Source: an uncultured Bacteroidales bacterium (GTDB lineage: Bacteria > Bacteroidota > Bacteroidia > Bacteroidales > Coprobacteraceae). From it: a stretch of 64,000 nt of DNA. This document shows, piece after piece, positions 42,343 through 52,622 of the stretch (its first letter is position 1; each line of letters opens with the position of its first letter). Both the position numbers and the translations under genes were made by a program. Under the pieces are notes generated by a model, which saw nothing but the letters and a program-made list of their open reading frames with translations, ran no database searches and was not told the DNA's origin. The stretch lies in the NCBI GenBank assembly GCA_949297285.1, contig CASFRL010000116.1, positions 4,799 through 68,798 of the forward strand. The letters are read 5' to 3'.

Positions 42343-42697
42343 TTACTTAAATTATTATTATCAGTTAATCAATCATCGTAATATGCGCACTTCTAAATAA
42401 AGTCTGTTGCATAATCAATACTCATTGGATTATTTTTCAAGAAAATACTTATTCTTATTATATGATCAGAAAAAGTAATTTTCTATATTATTATTCCCTC
42501 TTTGATTAATCCAACTTAAAATTGGATACGAAGGTACAAAATCTTGGTGTATAAAAAAAAGTCTGTTGGGCAGAAAAAATGTTCTAAAAAGGACATTTGT
42601 TTCATCCCGTGTAGGTTTGATATATTAATTCAATGAGCATTTTCGAATAGCAAATAAAAATATTTTTATTCATAATGCAAAAAAAAGACAAAAATAT

Positions 42698-42727
42698 TTT
42701 GATTGAAAAAACAATTCATTACTTTTG
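42698..42727 (+). promoter_or_regulatory. Promoter of the phe/tyr operon leader
   Basis: TTTG-N18-TACTTTTG. Confidence 0.65.
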
Positions 42728-42751
42728 TAGCCGTAAAAATAACATTGTTAC

Positions 42752-42811
42752 ATGATGAGCACTATTAACTTTACATATTTTTATTTTTATTTTTACTTTA
42801 AAGTGAAGTAG
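42752..42811 (+). CDS. Phe/Tyr leader peptide 1 (MMSTINFTYFYFYFYFKVK)
   Basis: 19 aa with 5 Phe and 4 Tyr codons; directly followed by antiterminator and terminator. Confidence 0.88.
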   Translation: MMSTINFTYFYFYFYFKVK

Positions 42812-42813
42812 AA

Positions 42814-42876
42814 CGGGATTTTATTACAAAATAATATATAATGTTTAGAAAATCCCGCTCGAACGCGGGATTTTTT
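42814..42876 (+). terminator. Attenuator 1 (antiterminator arm plus terminator)
   Basis: CGGGATTTT (42814-22) competes with GCGGGATTTT (42865-74) for AAAATCCCGC (42849-58); U tract follows. Confidence 0.88.
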
Positions 42877-42895
42877 ATTAATAGAATAATTGGTT

Positions 42896-42952
42896 ATGAA
42901 AACTTTTCAACGATTTTACTTTTATTTTTTTTATTACTTTATGAATACATAA
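42896..42952 (+). CDS. Phe/Tyr leader peptide 2 (MKTFQRFYFYFFYYFMNT)
   Basis: 18 aa with 6 Phe and 4 Tyr codons; its stop overlaps the antiterminator arm. Confidence 0.88.
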   Translation: MKTFQRFYFYFFYYFMNT

Positions 42953-43025
42953 GGTGGGATTCTGCATACCCGATATAAAATTATAAATGTATCCCACCTT
43001 TCATTTAAAGAGTGGGATTTTTTTT
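42951..43025 (+). terminator. Attenuator 2 (antiterminator arm plus terminator)
   Basis: AAGGTGGGAT (42951-60) pairs with ATCCCACCTT (42991-43000), excluding terminator ATCCCACCTTT/AAAG-A-GTGGGAT plus U tract. Confidence 0.88.
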
Positions 43026-43043
43026 AATCAGAAAATTTTAAAA

Positions 43044-43886
43044 ATGAAAAAAATAGCAATACAAGGTATTCCGGGATGTTATCATGAAATGGCTGCCCGA
43101 TCTTATTTTTCTGGCGAAGAGGTCGAGGTCGAACCCTGTTTAACTTTTGCCCAGTTGTTTGAGAAAATGAGTAAGGATGATTCTCTTTTGGGAATAATGG
43201 CCATAGAAAATACGATTGCCGGATCTCTTTTGCAGAATCATGAGTTACTCCGAAAAAGTGATCTGACTATTATCGGAGAATACAAATTGCGAATCTCTCA
43301 TGTTCTTGCAGCTCTTCCGGGAGAAACTCTCGAAAATATATCTGAGATAAATTCTCATCCGATCGCGTTGATGCAGTGCGAAGAGTTTTTGAATAAACTT
43401 CCCAATATAAAAATTGTGGAAAAAGACGATACCGCTGCCAGTGCCCGGGAAATACAAGAAAAATCGCTTAAGGGGCATGCGGCTATTTGCAGTCGTTTGG
43501 CGGCAGAAATGTATGGTTTGAATATTCTGGAATCAGGAATAGAAACAAATAAACGGAATTTCACTCGTTTTTTGGTCTTGGCCGACAGTTGGCAGCGTGA
43601 TGATCTTATCGATCGTCAGAGCATTAACAAAGCATCGCTTATTTTTACACTTCCCCACACCAATGGCAGCTTATCGAAAGTGTTGACGATATTGTCGTTT
43701 TATGATATAAATCTTACGAAGATACAATCCTTGCCTATTATAGGTAGAGAATGGGAATATCGGTTTTACGTCGATATAACGTTTACCGACTATACGCGAT
43801 ATAAACAATCATTAGAAGCAATCAAACCATTGACTAAAGATTTTAAAATACAAGGTGAATATGCAGAATTTACAAAAAAACTCTAA
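43044..43886 (+). CDS. pheA: Prephenate dehydratase with ACT domain
   Basis: IAIQGIPG, AIENTIAGS, SHPIALMQC, NFTRF, NLTKIQSLP; true start at 43044 (ORF-track start 42987 lies inside attenuator 2). Confidence 0.95.
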   Translation: MKKIAIQGIPGCYHEMAARSYFSGEEVEVEPCLTFAQLFEKMSKDDSLLGIMAIENTIAGSLLQNHELLRKSDLTIIGEYKLRISHVLAALPGETLENISEINSHPIALMQCEEFLNKLPNIKIVEKDDTAASAREIQEKSLKGHAAICSRLAAEMYGLNILESGIETNKRNFTRFLVLADSWQRDDLIDRQSINKASLIFTLPHTNGSLSKVLTILSFYDINLTKIQSLPIIGREWEYRFYVDITFTDYTRYKQSLEAIKPLTKDFKIQGEYAEFTKKL

Positions 43887-45048
43887 TAATATTGTCCCGG
43901 CTAACCGTGTGGGGCAGATTAAAGAATATTACTTCTCGAAAAAATTGAAAGAAGTAGCCGAAATGAATGCAAAAGGGTTGAACGTTATAAATCTGGGAAT
44001 CGGAAGTCCCGACCGTCCACCTCATGCACGGACAATAGAGACTTTATGTGAAGATAGCCGGAGAGATGATGCTCATGGTTATCAGCCGTATGTCGGAATT
44101 CCGGCGTTAAGAGAAGCTTTCTCAAAATGGTATAAAAAATGGTATAATGTAGATTTGGATCCGCGCACCGAAATACAGCCGCTGATTGGTTCTAAAGAGG
44201 GTATCTTGCATGTATCATTGGCCTTTTTGAATCGTGGAGATGGAGTTTTGGTCCCTAATCCCGGATATCCGACATATACCTCTGTCAGCAAATTGGCCGA
44301 AGCGAATGTCATTCCTTATGAACTGACTGAAAAGAATGGTTGGCTACCCGATTTTGACGCCATCGAAAAAAATGATCTTTCGAATGTGAAATTGATGTGG
44401 GTTAATTATCCGCATATGCCAACCGGTACTCCGGCGTCGATTTCTCTTTTCGAGAAACTGGTTGCATTCGGTAAAAAACATAATATCGTCATTGTTAATG
44501 ATAATCCGTATAGTTTTATACTCAACGACAAACCGCTAAGTATTCTTTCTATACCGGGAGCCAAGGATATTTGTATTGAGATGAACTCGATGAGCAAAGC
44601 TCATAATATGCCCGGTTGGCGTATCGGGATGTTGGCTTCGAATCCTCAATTTATAGAATGGATTCTACGAGTGAAAAGCAATATCGATTCAGGGACATTC
44701 CGTCCTATGCAGAAAGCTGCTGTAACAGCATTATCGTCCGGGCCGGAATGGTATGAAGAAATAAACGCTATATATCGGAAACGTCGGGCATTAGCTGAAG
44801 AGATTGTCAATAATTTGGGATGTTCTTTTGATCCGAAGCAAACAGGACTGTTTCTTTGGGCAAGAATTCCAGACCATGTAGCCAATAGTTCGGAACTTGC
44901 CGATAAAGTTTTGTATGAAGCGCATGTTTTTATAACTCCCGGTATTGTTTTCGGAAGTTTGGGAGATCGGTATATACGTATTTCGTTATGTGCCAATGAA
45001 ACAACTTTATCGGAAGCCCTTGAAAGAATAAAAAATCGTATTAAATAA
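43861..45048 (+). CDS. Class I/II PLP aminotransferase (DapL-like; probable aromatic/prephenate aminotransferase by context)
   Basis: NLGIGSPD, GSKEG, NYPHMPTG, SMSKAHNMPGWRIG; overlaps the pheA end. Confidence 0.85.
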   Translation: MQNLQKNSNNIVPANRVGQIKEYYFSKKLKEVAEMNAKGLNVINLGIGSPDRPPHARTIETLCEDSRRDDAHGYQPYVGIPALREAFSKWYKKWYNVDLDPRTEIQPLIGSKEGILHVSLAFLNRGDGVLVPNPGYPTYTSVSKLAEANVIPYELTEKNGWLPDFDAIEKNDLSNVKLMWVNYPHMPTGTPASISLFEKLVAFGKKHNIVIVNDNPYSFILNDKPLSILSIPGAKDICIEMNSMSKAHNMPGWRIGMLASNPQFIEWILRVKSNIDSGTFRPMQKAAVTALSSGPEWYEEINAIYRKRRALAEEIVNNLGCSFDPKQTGLFLWARIPDHVANSSELADKVLYEAHVFITPGIVFGSLGDRYIRISLCANETTLSEALERIKNRIK

Positions 45049-45064
45049 TAAAAAGCATAAGATC

Positions 45065-46138
45065 ATGACAGAGACATTAAATTTCGAGTCTATTTTATTA
45101 CCCGGTATAGAGCCAAAACGTCCTCTTATAATAGCAGGCCCTTGTAGTGCCGAGACCGAAGAACAAGTGCTGGAGACGGCAAAAGACCTTGCATCGCAAG
45201 GAATAAAAATATTCCGTGCCGGTATCTGGAAACCGCGTACAAAACCCGGAGGTTTTGAAGGGGTTGGAACCGAAGGATTGAGTTGGTTGAAAAAAGTAAA
45301 AGAGACTACCGGCATGTACACAGCCACAGAGGTCGCAAACCAACATCATGTTTTTGAAGCATTAAAACATGGTATTGATATTCTTTGGATCGGAGCTCGT
45401 ACTACGGCCAATCCTTTTGCAGTACAAGAAATTGCGGATGCCCTTAAAGGTGTTGATATTCCTATCCTAATCAAAAATCCGGTTAACCCTGACCTTGAAC
45501 TTTGGATTGGAGCCATAGAACGTATCTACAATGCCGGACTTCATCGCATCGGAGCAATACACCGCGGGTTCAGTTCGTATGACAAACGTCTATATCGTAA
45601 CCTGCCACAGTGGCATATTCCGATCGAACTTCGTCGTCGTTTCCCCAATCTACCCATTATCTGTGATCCGAGTCATATCGGAGGGAAACGTGATCTTGTA
45701 GCCCCTCTTTGTCAGCAGGCTATGGATTTGGGCTTTGATGGCTTGATTGTCGAATCTCATTGTAATCCGGATTGTGCTTGGAGTGACAAGAATCAGCAAG
45801 TAACGCCGGATGTACTTAATTTTATTTTGAATATGTTGGTTATCCGGGAGACAACTCAAACAACCGAAAATTTGGCCGAACTTAGAAAACAGATCGATGA
45901 ATTGGATAATCAATTGCTTGAGTTATTGGCTAAACGTATGCGCGTATCCCGAGAAATAGGTCAATACAAAAAAGAACATGATATGACCGTATTGCAACCG
46001 ACTCGTTATGATGAAATTTTAAGTAAACGCATCAGTCAGGCAATCGATATGGATATGGACGGCGAATTTATGAAATCGGTTCTGCAGGCGATACATGAAG
46101 AATCGGTAAGACAACAAATGAATATATTGAATAAATAA
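45065..46138 (+). CDS. Bifunctional DAHP synthase / chorismate mutase
   Basis: IAGPCSAE, WKPRTKPG.FEG, IGART, DPSH; C-terminal AroQ domain LRKQIDELD. Confidence 0.93.
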   Translation: MTETLNFESILLPGIEPKRPLIIAGPCSAETEEQVLETAKDLASQGIKIFRAGIWKPRTKPGGFEGVGTEGLSWLKKVKETTGMYTATEVANQHHVFEALKHGIDILWIGARTTANPFAVQEIADALKGVDIPILIKNPVNPDLELWIGAIERIYNAGLHRIGAIHRGFSSYDKRLYRNLPQWHIPIELRRRFPNLPIICDPSHIGGKRDLVAPLCQQAMDLGFDGLIVESHCNPDCAWSDKNQQVTPDVLNFILNMLVIRETTQTTENLAELRKQIDELDNQLLELLAKRMRVSREIGQYKKEHDMTVLQPTRYDEILSKRISQAIDMDMDGEFMKSVLQAIHEESVRQQMNILNK

Positions 46139-46145
46139 AAAAACG

Positions 46146-46919
46146 ATGAAAATACTTATTCTTGGCGCTGGAAAAATGGGCTCTTTTTTTGCCGATGTCC
46201 TTAGTTTTCAGCATGAGGTGGCCCTTTTCGATACTGATCCTAAACGTTTGAGATTTGTATTCAATACTTATCGTATGACGACCTTGGAAGAAGTCGATGA
46301 GTTCAAACCGGAGTTGGTTATAAATGCTGCTACTGTCAAATATACGATAAAAGCATTTGAAATGATACTGCCGCACATCCCGGCGAATTGCATCATATCG
46401 GATATTGCTTCTGTAAAAACCGGACTTCCGGAATTTTATCAAAAAGCAGGGCATCCGTTCGTTTCTACCCACCCGATGTTTGGCCCGACATTCGCAAATC
46501 TCAGTGATTTGAGTACTCAGAATACGATTATCATTTCAGAATCAGATCATTTGGGAAAGGTCTTTTTTAAAGATTTATATAGCAATCTACGGTTGAAGAT
46601 ATTTGAATATACATTTAAAGAACATGATGAAACCATTGCATATTCATTGTCTATCCCTTTTGCTTCTACTTTGGTTTTTGCAGCAGTAATGAAGCCGCAG
46701 GATGCTCCGGGAACAACATTCAAGAAACATATGGATATTGCTCACGGACTGCTTTCGGAAGATGATTACCTGCTTACGGAGATCTTATTTAATCCACACA
46801 CGCCGGAACAGGTTTCTCAAATTCAGGAACAATTGGATATACTCCTCGATATTATAAAACAAAAAGATGCGGGGAGAATGAAAGCCTATCTAACTCGTCT
46901 ACGACAAAATATTCGATAA
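46146..46919 (+). CDS. tyrA: Prephenate dehydrogenase
   Basis: GAGKMG, DIASVK, HPMFGP, EHD. Confidence 0.9.
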   Translation: MKILILGAGKMGSFFADVLSFQHEVALFDTDPKRLRFVFNTYRMTTLEEVDEFKPELVINAATVKYTIKAFEMILPHIPANCIISDIASVKTGLPEFYQKAGHPFVSTHPMFGPTFANLSDLSTQNTIIISESDHLGKVFFKDLYSNLRLKIFEYTFKEHDETIAYSLSIPFASTLVFAAVMKPQDAPGTTFKKHMDIAHGLLSEDDYLLTEILFNPHTPEQVSQIQEQLDILLDIIKQKDAGRMKAYLTRLRQNIR

Positions 46920-46948
46920 AAAAACGCGGTTATATACCGCGTTTTTTT
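46918..46948. terminator. Bidirectional terminator
   Basis: AAAAAAACGCGGT-TATAT-ACCGCGTTTTTTT. Confidence 0.9.
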
Positions 46949-47667
46949 TACATTTTCATATAAAAGTCTCGTGTGAGGGCTATGTATTCGGGCGTATATG
47001 TCAAGGGGGCTGTTTCTATAATAAGGGTCTCTTCTGTGTAATCTACGGGAGCCTTCCCCCACTCTATTAAGACTCGTTTTGGCAAGGCATCCGGTTTGCC
47101 TTTTATCCATACTTTACGAGAAATCCACAATCCGTTTTTTACGGCGATTCTCGACAAACGAGTATCTTGATCGGCAGGATATATAATAGATATATGCCCA
47201 TCGGGTTTTATCAGTTGTACAGCATTGGATAAGAGCTCTTCATACGTTAATGACAATGTGTGTCGGGCAGTTTGCCGGTATATGTCCTGAGGCGGCAACG
47301 TGTTGTTGAAAAAGGGCGGATTAGATACGATATAGTCGTAACGGATATCTGAAATTTGCGCATATTCTTGCAACGAAAGGTTAATTGCATGTATCCGATC
47401 ACCCCAAGGAGAAAGTTGAATGTTTTCTTCGGCTTGTAAATATGCATTTTTATCGATTTCGATTGCATCGATCGAAACCTGTAAATTTGATGTCCGTTGA
47501 GCTACCATTAATGCGATTATACCGGTTCCGGTCCCAATGTCCAATATATTTCCGGTCGTGGGGACGTTACACCATGCTCCGAGTAAAACTCCATCTGTCC
47601 CCACTTTCATCGCACATCTATCATGATGTATCGTAAATTGCTTAAACTGAAAAGTCTGAGTTCCCAT
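46948..47667 (-). CDS. tRNA1(Val) A37 N6-methyltransferase (YfiC family)
   Basis: FQFKQF, MKVGTDGVLLGAW, LDIGTGTG, SNPPFF, ARH; ATG at 47667 preferred. Confidence 0.9.
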   Translation of the reverse strand: MGTQTFQFKQFTIHHDRCAMKVGTDGVLLGAWCNVPTTGNILDIGTGTGIIALMVAQRTSNLQVSIDAIEIDKNAYLQAEENIQLSPWGDRIHAINLSLQEYAQISDIRYDYIVSNPPFFNNTLPPQDIYRQTARHTLSLTYEELLSNAVQLIKPDGHISIIYPADQDTRLSRIAVKNGLWISRKVWIKGKPDALPKRVLIEWGKAPVDYTEETLIIETAPLTYTPEYIALTRDFYMKM

Positions 47668-47740
47668 AAGAAAAATATCGAAGTACAAATAAACGAAAAA
47701 TAATGATATTTTTCTCGATACTTCTGCGTTATTTAATTTT

Positions 47741-47755
47741 TGGCACGCTCATTGT
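47741..47755 (+). promoter_or_regulatory. Putative sigma54 (-24/-12) promoter of lon
   Basis: TGGCACG-CTCA-TTGT versus consensus TGGCACG-N4-TTGC. Confidence 0.6.
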
Positions 47756-47833
47756 ACTATAATATAGCATTGATTTATGAGAAGTGCTGACAATATATTT
47801 AATCTTAATTACTGACAAAATGACAATTAACAT

Positions 47834-50287
47834 ATGAAAAAATTTTTTTCTGACAATAATCCGCTTGACAATGATAATGATAGCTCTCCTACGATCATGC
47901 CTATTTTTGCTGAAGTAGAGGGAAATCCGGATATCGAATGTCCCGGGGTAGCCGAAAAGGATCTGCCCATCCTTCCATTGCGCAATATGGTGATGTATCC
48001 GGGAGTTGCTCTTCCTGTATCTGTTGGCCGAGCCAAATCTTTACAACTGATTAAAGATGCTTATACGCATAAACAATATATCGGCGTGACTTGCCAGAAA
48101 GATATGTATGTAGATGAGCCAGAATATAAAGACCTTTACGAAATAGGTACTATTGCCGAAATTGTGAAGATTCTGGAAATGCCGGATGGTAGCACTACGG
48201 TTATATTGCAAGGCAAACGTCGGTTTCATTTAGATAATCTGACGACATTTATACCCTATCTGAAAGGGAATATTTCGTTGTTGGAGGAAAAAATGCCGAA
48301 GCCGAACGATAAAGAGTTTGAAGCGCTTATATCGGCAATAAAGGATATGACCTTCAATATTTTGAAGGCTTTAGGAGAACCTTCGCGAGAATTGATGTTT
48401 GCATTGAGAAATATAGAAAACTCTCATTATTTGATCAATTTCTTGTGCTCCAATATTCCTTTGAATACCCAGCAGAAGCAAGATTTGCTTAATATCGATG
48501 CTGTTAAACAGCGGGCATTCAGTCTTTATACGGCGTTAAGTAAGGAAGCGCAACTTATTGAGATAAAGGCAAATATTCAATCTCGTACTCGAGAAGATCT
48601 GAATCAGCAACAAAGGGAACATTTCTTGCAGCAACAGATAAAGACCATTCAGGATGAACTGGGAGGAAGTGTGCAAGAACAAGATATTCAAGAGCTGAAA
48701 GAAAAGGCTTCAAAGAAAAAATGGGACGCTTCAGTAGCCGCTATATTTGAAAAGGAGCTGCGTAAATTGGAACGGTTATATCCGCAATCTCCCGATTTTT
48801 CGGTCCAGTATAATTATTTGGAAACATTGACCGACTTGCCCTGGAATGAATTTACTAAGGATAATTTCAATTTGAAACATGCTCAAAAGCAATTAGATAA
48901 AGATCAGTATGGACTTGAAAAAGTAAAAGATCGTATTTTGGAGCATTTGGCTGTGTTGAAATTGAGAGGAGACTTGAAGTCGCCGATTATATGCCTTTAT
49001 GGCCCTCCCGGAGTTGGAAAAACATCTTTGGGAAAATCGATTGCAGAGGCTCTGAAGCGGAAATATGTCCGTATATCTTTGGGAGGTTTACATGACGAGG
49101 CCGAAATCAGAGGACATCGGCGTACATATATCGGTGCAATGCCCGGACGTATTATTCAGGGATTATTGAAAGCCGGTTCATCTAATCCGGTTTTTGTGTT
49201 GGACGAAATCGATAAAATCGGAAATGATTTTAAAGGTGACCCGGCATCTGCATTGTTGGAAGTTCTTGATCCGGAACAAAACAATGCTTTTCACGATAAT
49301 TATTTGGACATTGATTATGATCTGTCAAATATATTGTTTATCGCGACAGCCAATAACTTGAATACGGTTTCGCAACCTTTGTTAGACCGTATGGAGTTGA
49401 TCGATATATCCGGATATATTCTGGAGGAGAAAGTCGAGATTGCCCGTAGGCATCTTGTCCCCAAACAACTCGAAAATCACGGGCTTGTAAAAGGGGATGT
49501 AGATATTCCTAAAAAGACGATGGAGGTTATTGTCGAATCATATACACGAGAATCAGGCGTTCGAGAATTGGATAAAAAAATAGCCAAAATCATGCGTAAA
49601 ATTGCTCGTAAAAAAGCAATGGAAGAGGAATATCCTCATACAATTACGATAAATGACTTGCATGAATATCTGGGTATAAAAGAGTATTCTCGTGACAAAT
49701 ATGAGGGGAACGAATACGCCGGAGTTGTTACGGGGTTGGCTTGGACTGCCGTAGGGGGTGAAATATTGTTTGTGGAGTCGAGTTTGAGTAAGAGTAAAGG
49801 CGAAAAACTTACATTGACAGGAAATCTGGGTGATGTCATGAAAGAATCGGCCATTATTGCCATGCAATATATCAAGGCTCATGCCGAAATGTTGAATATC
49901 CCGGATGATGTGTTCGATAAGTGGAATGTCCATATTCATGTTCCGGAAGGTGCTATTCCCAAGGACGGCCCTTCTGCCGGTATTACGATGGTGACATCGA
50001 TAGCATCTTCATTTACTCAACGGAAGATTCGCCCCAATTTGGCCATGACAGGAGAAATTACCTTACGTGGACGAGTTTTGCCTGTTGGGGGTATAAAAGA
50101 AAAAATCTTGGCGGCCAAACGGGCAAATATAAAAGATATCATCTTGTCTGAGGAAAATAAAAAAGATATAGATGAGATCAAAGATACCTATATTAAAGGA
50201 TTGTCGTTCCACTACGTACGGAACATCAAAGAAGTTCTCGATTTTGCATTGTTGGATGAGAAAGTTGACCATCCGATACAATTATAA
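47834..50287 (+). CDS. lon: ATP-dependent protease La
   Basis: [36 protein letters not shown]. Confidence 0.98.
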   Translation: MKKFFSDNNPLDNDNDSSPTIMPIFAEVEGNPDIECPGVAEKDLPILPLRNMVMYPGVALPVSVGRAKSLQLIKDAYTHKQYIGVTCQKDMYVDEPEYKDLYEIGTIAEIVKILEMPDGSTTVILQGKRRFHLDNLTTFIPYLKGNISLLEEKMPKPNDKEFEALISAIKDMTFNILKALGEPSRELMFALRNIENSHYLINFLCSNIPLNTQQKQDLLNIDAVKQRAFSLYTALSKEAQLIEIKANIQSRTREDLNQQQREHFLQQQIKTIQDELGGSVQEQDIQELKEKASKKKWDASVAAIFEKELRKLERLYPQSPDFSVQYNYLETLTDLPWNEFTKDNFNLKHAQKQLDKDQYGLEKVKDRILEHLAVLKLRGDLKSPIICLYGPPGVGKTSLGKSIAEALKRKYVRISLGGLHDEAEIRGHRRTYIGAMPGRIIQGLLKAGSSNPVFVLDEIDKIGNDFKGDPASALLEVLDPEQNNAFHDNYLDIDYDLSNILFIATANNLNTVSQPLLDRMELIDISGYILEEKVEIARRHLVPKQLENHGLVKGDVDIPKKTMEVIVESYTRESGVRELDKKIAKIMRKIARKKAMEEEYPHTITINDLHEYLGIKEYSRDKYEGNEYAGVVTGLAWTAVGGEILFVESSLSKSKGEKLTLTGNLGDVMKESAIIAMQYIKAHAEMLNIPDDVFDKWNVHIHVPEGAIPKDGPSAGITMVTSIASSFTQRKIRPNLAMTGEITLRGRVLPVGGIKEKILAAKRANIKDIILSEENKKDIDEIKDTYIKGLSFHYVRNIKEVLDFALLDEKVDHPIQL

Positions 50288-50398
50288 ATGAAAATAAGAA
50301 AGCTACCGTTTTTATTTTGTATTTTTTATAAACACTAACGGATATGCTTGAACAAAGTAGATGAAATAATTGTTTAAAATATCACTACTACTCTATCG

Positions 50399-50453
50399 AT
50401 AACCGGGCATCTGTCAGAATAAATTTTTATTCCGAAGATGTTCGGTTATTTTT
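50399..50453 (+). terminator. Probable terminator after lon
   Basis: ATAACCGGGCATCT/AGATGTTCGGTTAT (with G-U pairs) plus inner GAATAAA/TTTATTC stem, U tract. Confidence 0.6.
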
Positions 50454-50536
50454 ATTTATCTCGTTGCATTTCGACAAATTTCCATTAGATTTATTGGCTC
50501 ACATTTTATATCTTTGCAAACCGAAAAGCATAAATA

Positions 50537-51646
50537 ATGAGTGAAAATACGTTACTGAATAAGTTAGAAGGTCTCTCGATACGTTTCGAAGAGGTGGGTA
50601 CTCTTATAACAGATCCGGCAGTCATATCCGATATGAAAAGGTTTGTTAAATTGACAAAAGAGTATAGTGACCTTGAGAAAATCGTTAAAGCGAAAAAACG
50701 ATATGAACAGTTGCTGAACAATATTTCAGAGGCTCGTTCGATATTGGAATCGGAAAACGATTCGGAAATTCGGGAAATGGCAAAAGACGAGTTGGAAGAG
50801 TCTCAAAAAGAGCTTCCGGTATTGGAAGAAGAGATCAAGCTGTTACTCGTCCCGAGCGATCCGCAGGACAGTAAAAATGCCATAGTGGAAATTCGTGGGG
50901 GCACGGGAGGTGATGAAGCGGCTATTTTTGCCGGAGATCTTTTCCGCATGTATTCCAAATATTGTGAAACAAAGGGATGGCAACTGAGCGTATCCAGTTA
51001 TAGTGAAGGCTCATCGGGCGGATATAAAGAGATAATTTTTACGGTAAGCGGAGATAACGTTTACGGCACTTTAAAATATGAATCGGGGGTACATCGGGTA
51101 CAGCGTGTCCCGGCAACCGAAACTCAAGGACGGGTGCATACTTCTGCTGCGTCGGTAGCGGTACTTCCCGAAGCAGAAGAGTTTGATGTTGAAATTAATG
51201 AGGGTGAGATTAAGTGGGATACATTCCGGTCGGGAGGTGCCGGAGGCCAAAATGTCAATAAGGTAGAATCCGGCGTGCGATTGAGATATGTATGGAAAAA
51301 TCCCAATACAGGTGTTTCGGAAGAAATTCTTATCGAATGTACCGAAACCCGGGATCAACCTAAGAATAAAGAACGGGCTCTTACCCGCTTGCGTTCTTTT
51401 ATTTATGATAAAGAACATCAAAAATATTTGGACGATATTGCTGCTAAAAGGAAAACTATGGTTTCGACCGGAGACCGTTCTGCCAAGATACGCACATACA
51501 ATTATCCGCAAGGGCGCATTACCGATCACAGAATCAATTATACAATATATAATTTGGCTGCATTTATGGATGGTGATATACAAGATTGCATCGACCATTT
51601 GATTATTGCAGAGAATGCAGAGAGAATGAAAGAAAGCGAATTATAA
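50537..51646 (+). CDS. prfA: Peptide chain release factor 1
   Basis: PAT anticodon-mimic motif, GGQ, KIRTYN. Confidence 0.97.
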   Translation: MSENTLLNKLEGLSIRFEEVGTLITDPAVISDMKRFVKLTKEYSDLEKIVKAKKRYEQLLNNISEARSILESENDSEIREMAKDELEESQKELPVLEEEIKLLLVPSDPQDSKNAIVEIRGGTGGDEAAIFAGDLFRMYSKYCETKGWQLSVSSYSEGSSGGYKEIIFTVSGDNVYGTLKYESGVHRVQRVPATETQGRVHTSAASVAVLPEAEEFDVEINEGEIKWDTFRSGGAGGQNVNKVESGVRLRYVWKNPNTGVSEEILIECTETRDQPKNKERALTRLRSFIYDKEHQKYLDDIAAKRKTMVSTGDRSAKIRTYNYPQGRITDHRINYTIYNLAAFMDGDIQDCIDHLIIAENAERMKESEL

Positions 51647-51656
51647 TTTTATATCT

Positions 51657-52487
51657 ATGAATAAGCAACAACTTTTTGAAAATATAAAACGGAAAAAATC
51701 GTTTCTTTGTGTCGGATTAGATACTGATATTAAGAAAATACCTGCACATTTGCTCGGCGAAGAAGATCCTATCTTTTCTTTTAACAAGACCATTATCGAC
51801 TCAACGGCCGATCTTTGTGTCGCATATAAACCCAATCTCGCATTTTATGAAAGTTTGGGCATTAAAGGATGGACCGCTTTTGAAAAAACCGTACAATATA
51901 TAAAAACAAATTATCCGGACCAATTTATCATAGCCGATGCTAAACGAGGCGACATTGGAAATACGTCGGAAATGTATGCGCGTAGTTTTTTCGAACATCT
52001 CGATATCGATTCGGTTACTGTTGCCCCTTATATGGGAGAAGATAGTGTAAGGCCATTTCTTGTGTATCCGGGAAAGTGGGTTATCGTTTTGGGATTGACC
52101 TCCAATAAGGGCTCTCAGGATTTTCAGTTTACAACAGATATTTCGGGTGAACGACTTTTTGAAAAAGTAATGCGTGTCTCCCAGACATGGGCGACAGAAG
52201 ACCAGATGATGTTTGTCGTCGGGGCTACTCAGGGAAGTTTGTTCGCCGATGTGCGAAAGATTGTTCCAAACCACTTCTTATTGGTTCCCGGTGTAGGTGC
52301 ACAAGGCGGAAGCCTGCAGGATGTAGCGAAATATGGGATGAATAGCCAATGTGGCCTTTTGGTAAATTCTTCGAGAGGGATTATATATGCCGATAAAGGC
52401 GAAAATTTCGGAATGGCAGCCCGTCGTGAATCACAAAAGATACAAGAACAAATGGAAATTCTTTTGCAAGAAAATAAATTGATATAA
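51657..52487 (+). CDS. pyrF: Orotidine-5'-phosphate decarboxylase
   Basis: [28 protein letters not shown]. Confidence 0.96.
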   Translation: MNKQQLFENIKRKKSFLCVGLDTDIKKIPAHLLGEEDPIFSFNKTIIDSTADLCVAYKPNLAFYESLGIKGWTAFEKTVQYIKTNYPDQFIIADAKRGDIGNTSEMYARSFFEHLDIDSVTVAPYMGEDSVRPFLVYPGKWVIVLGLTSNKGSQDFQFTTDISGERLFEKVMRVSQTWATEDQMMFVVGATQGSLFADVRKIVPNHFLLVPGVGAQGGSLQDVAKYGMNSQCGLLVNSSRGIIYADKGENFGMAARRESQKIQEQMEILLQENKLI

Positions 52488-52622
52488 TTTTCTTCGATAC
52501 GAATAGACAAACGTTCAATATTTCAAGTAAACTGTTGCATTTTATACAAGATAAACCGATTTATTTTGTAATTTTGCAAACAGAGAGAAGAACAAATATA
52601 CATGTTTTAAAATTATTGTAAT

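Noticed and set aside
42770-42940. TTTTAT-like runs as microsatellites or phase-variation tracts
   Set aside because: Better explained as in-frame Phe/Tyr codon runs of the two leader peptides
42987-43043. N-terminal extension of PheA in the ORF track
   Set aside because: It runs through terminator 2; recognisable PheA sequence starts at MKKIAIQG (43044)
50537-51646. Programmed frameshift as in prfB
   Set aside because: Continuous ORF with the RF1-specific PAT motif
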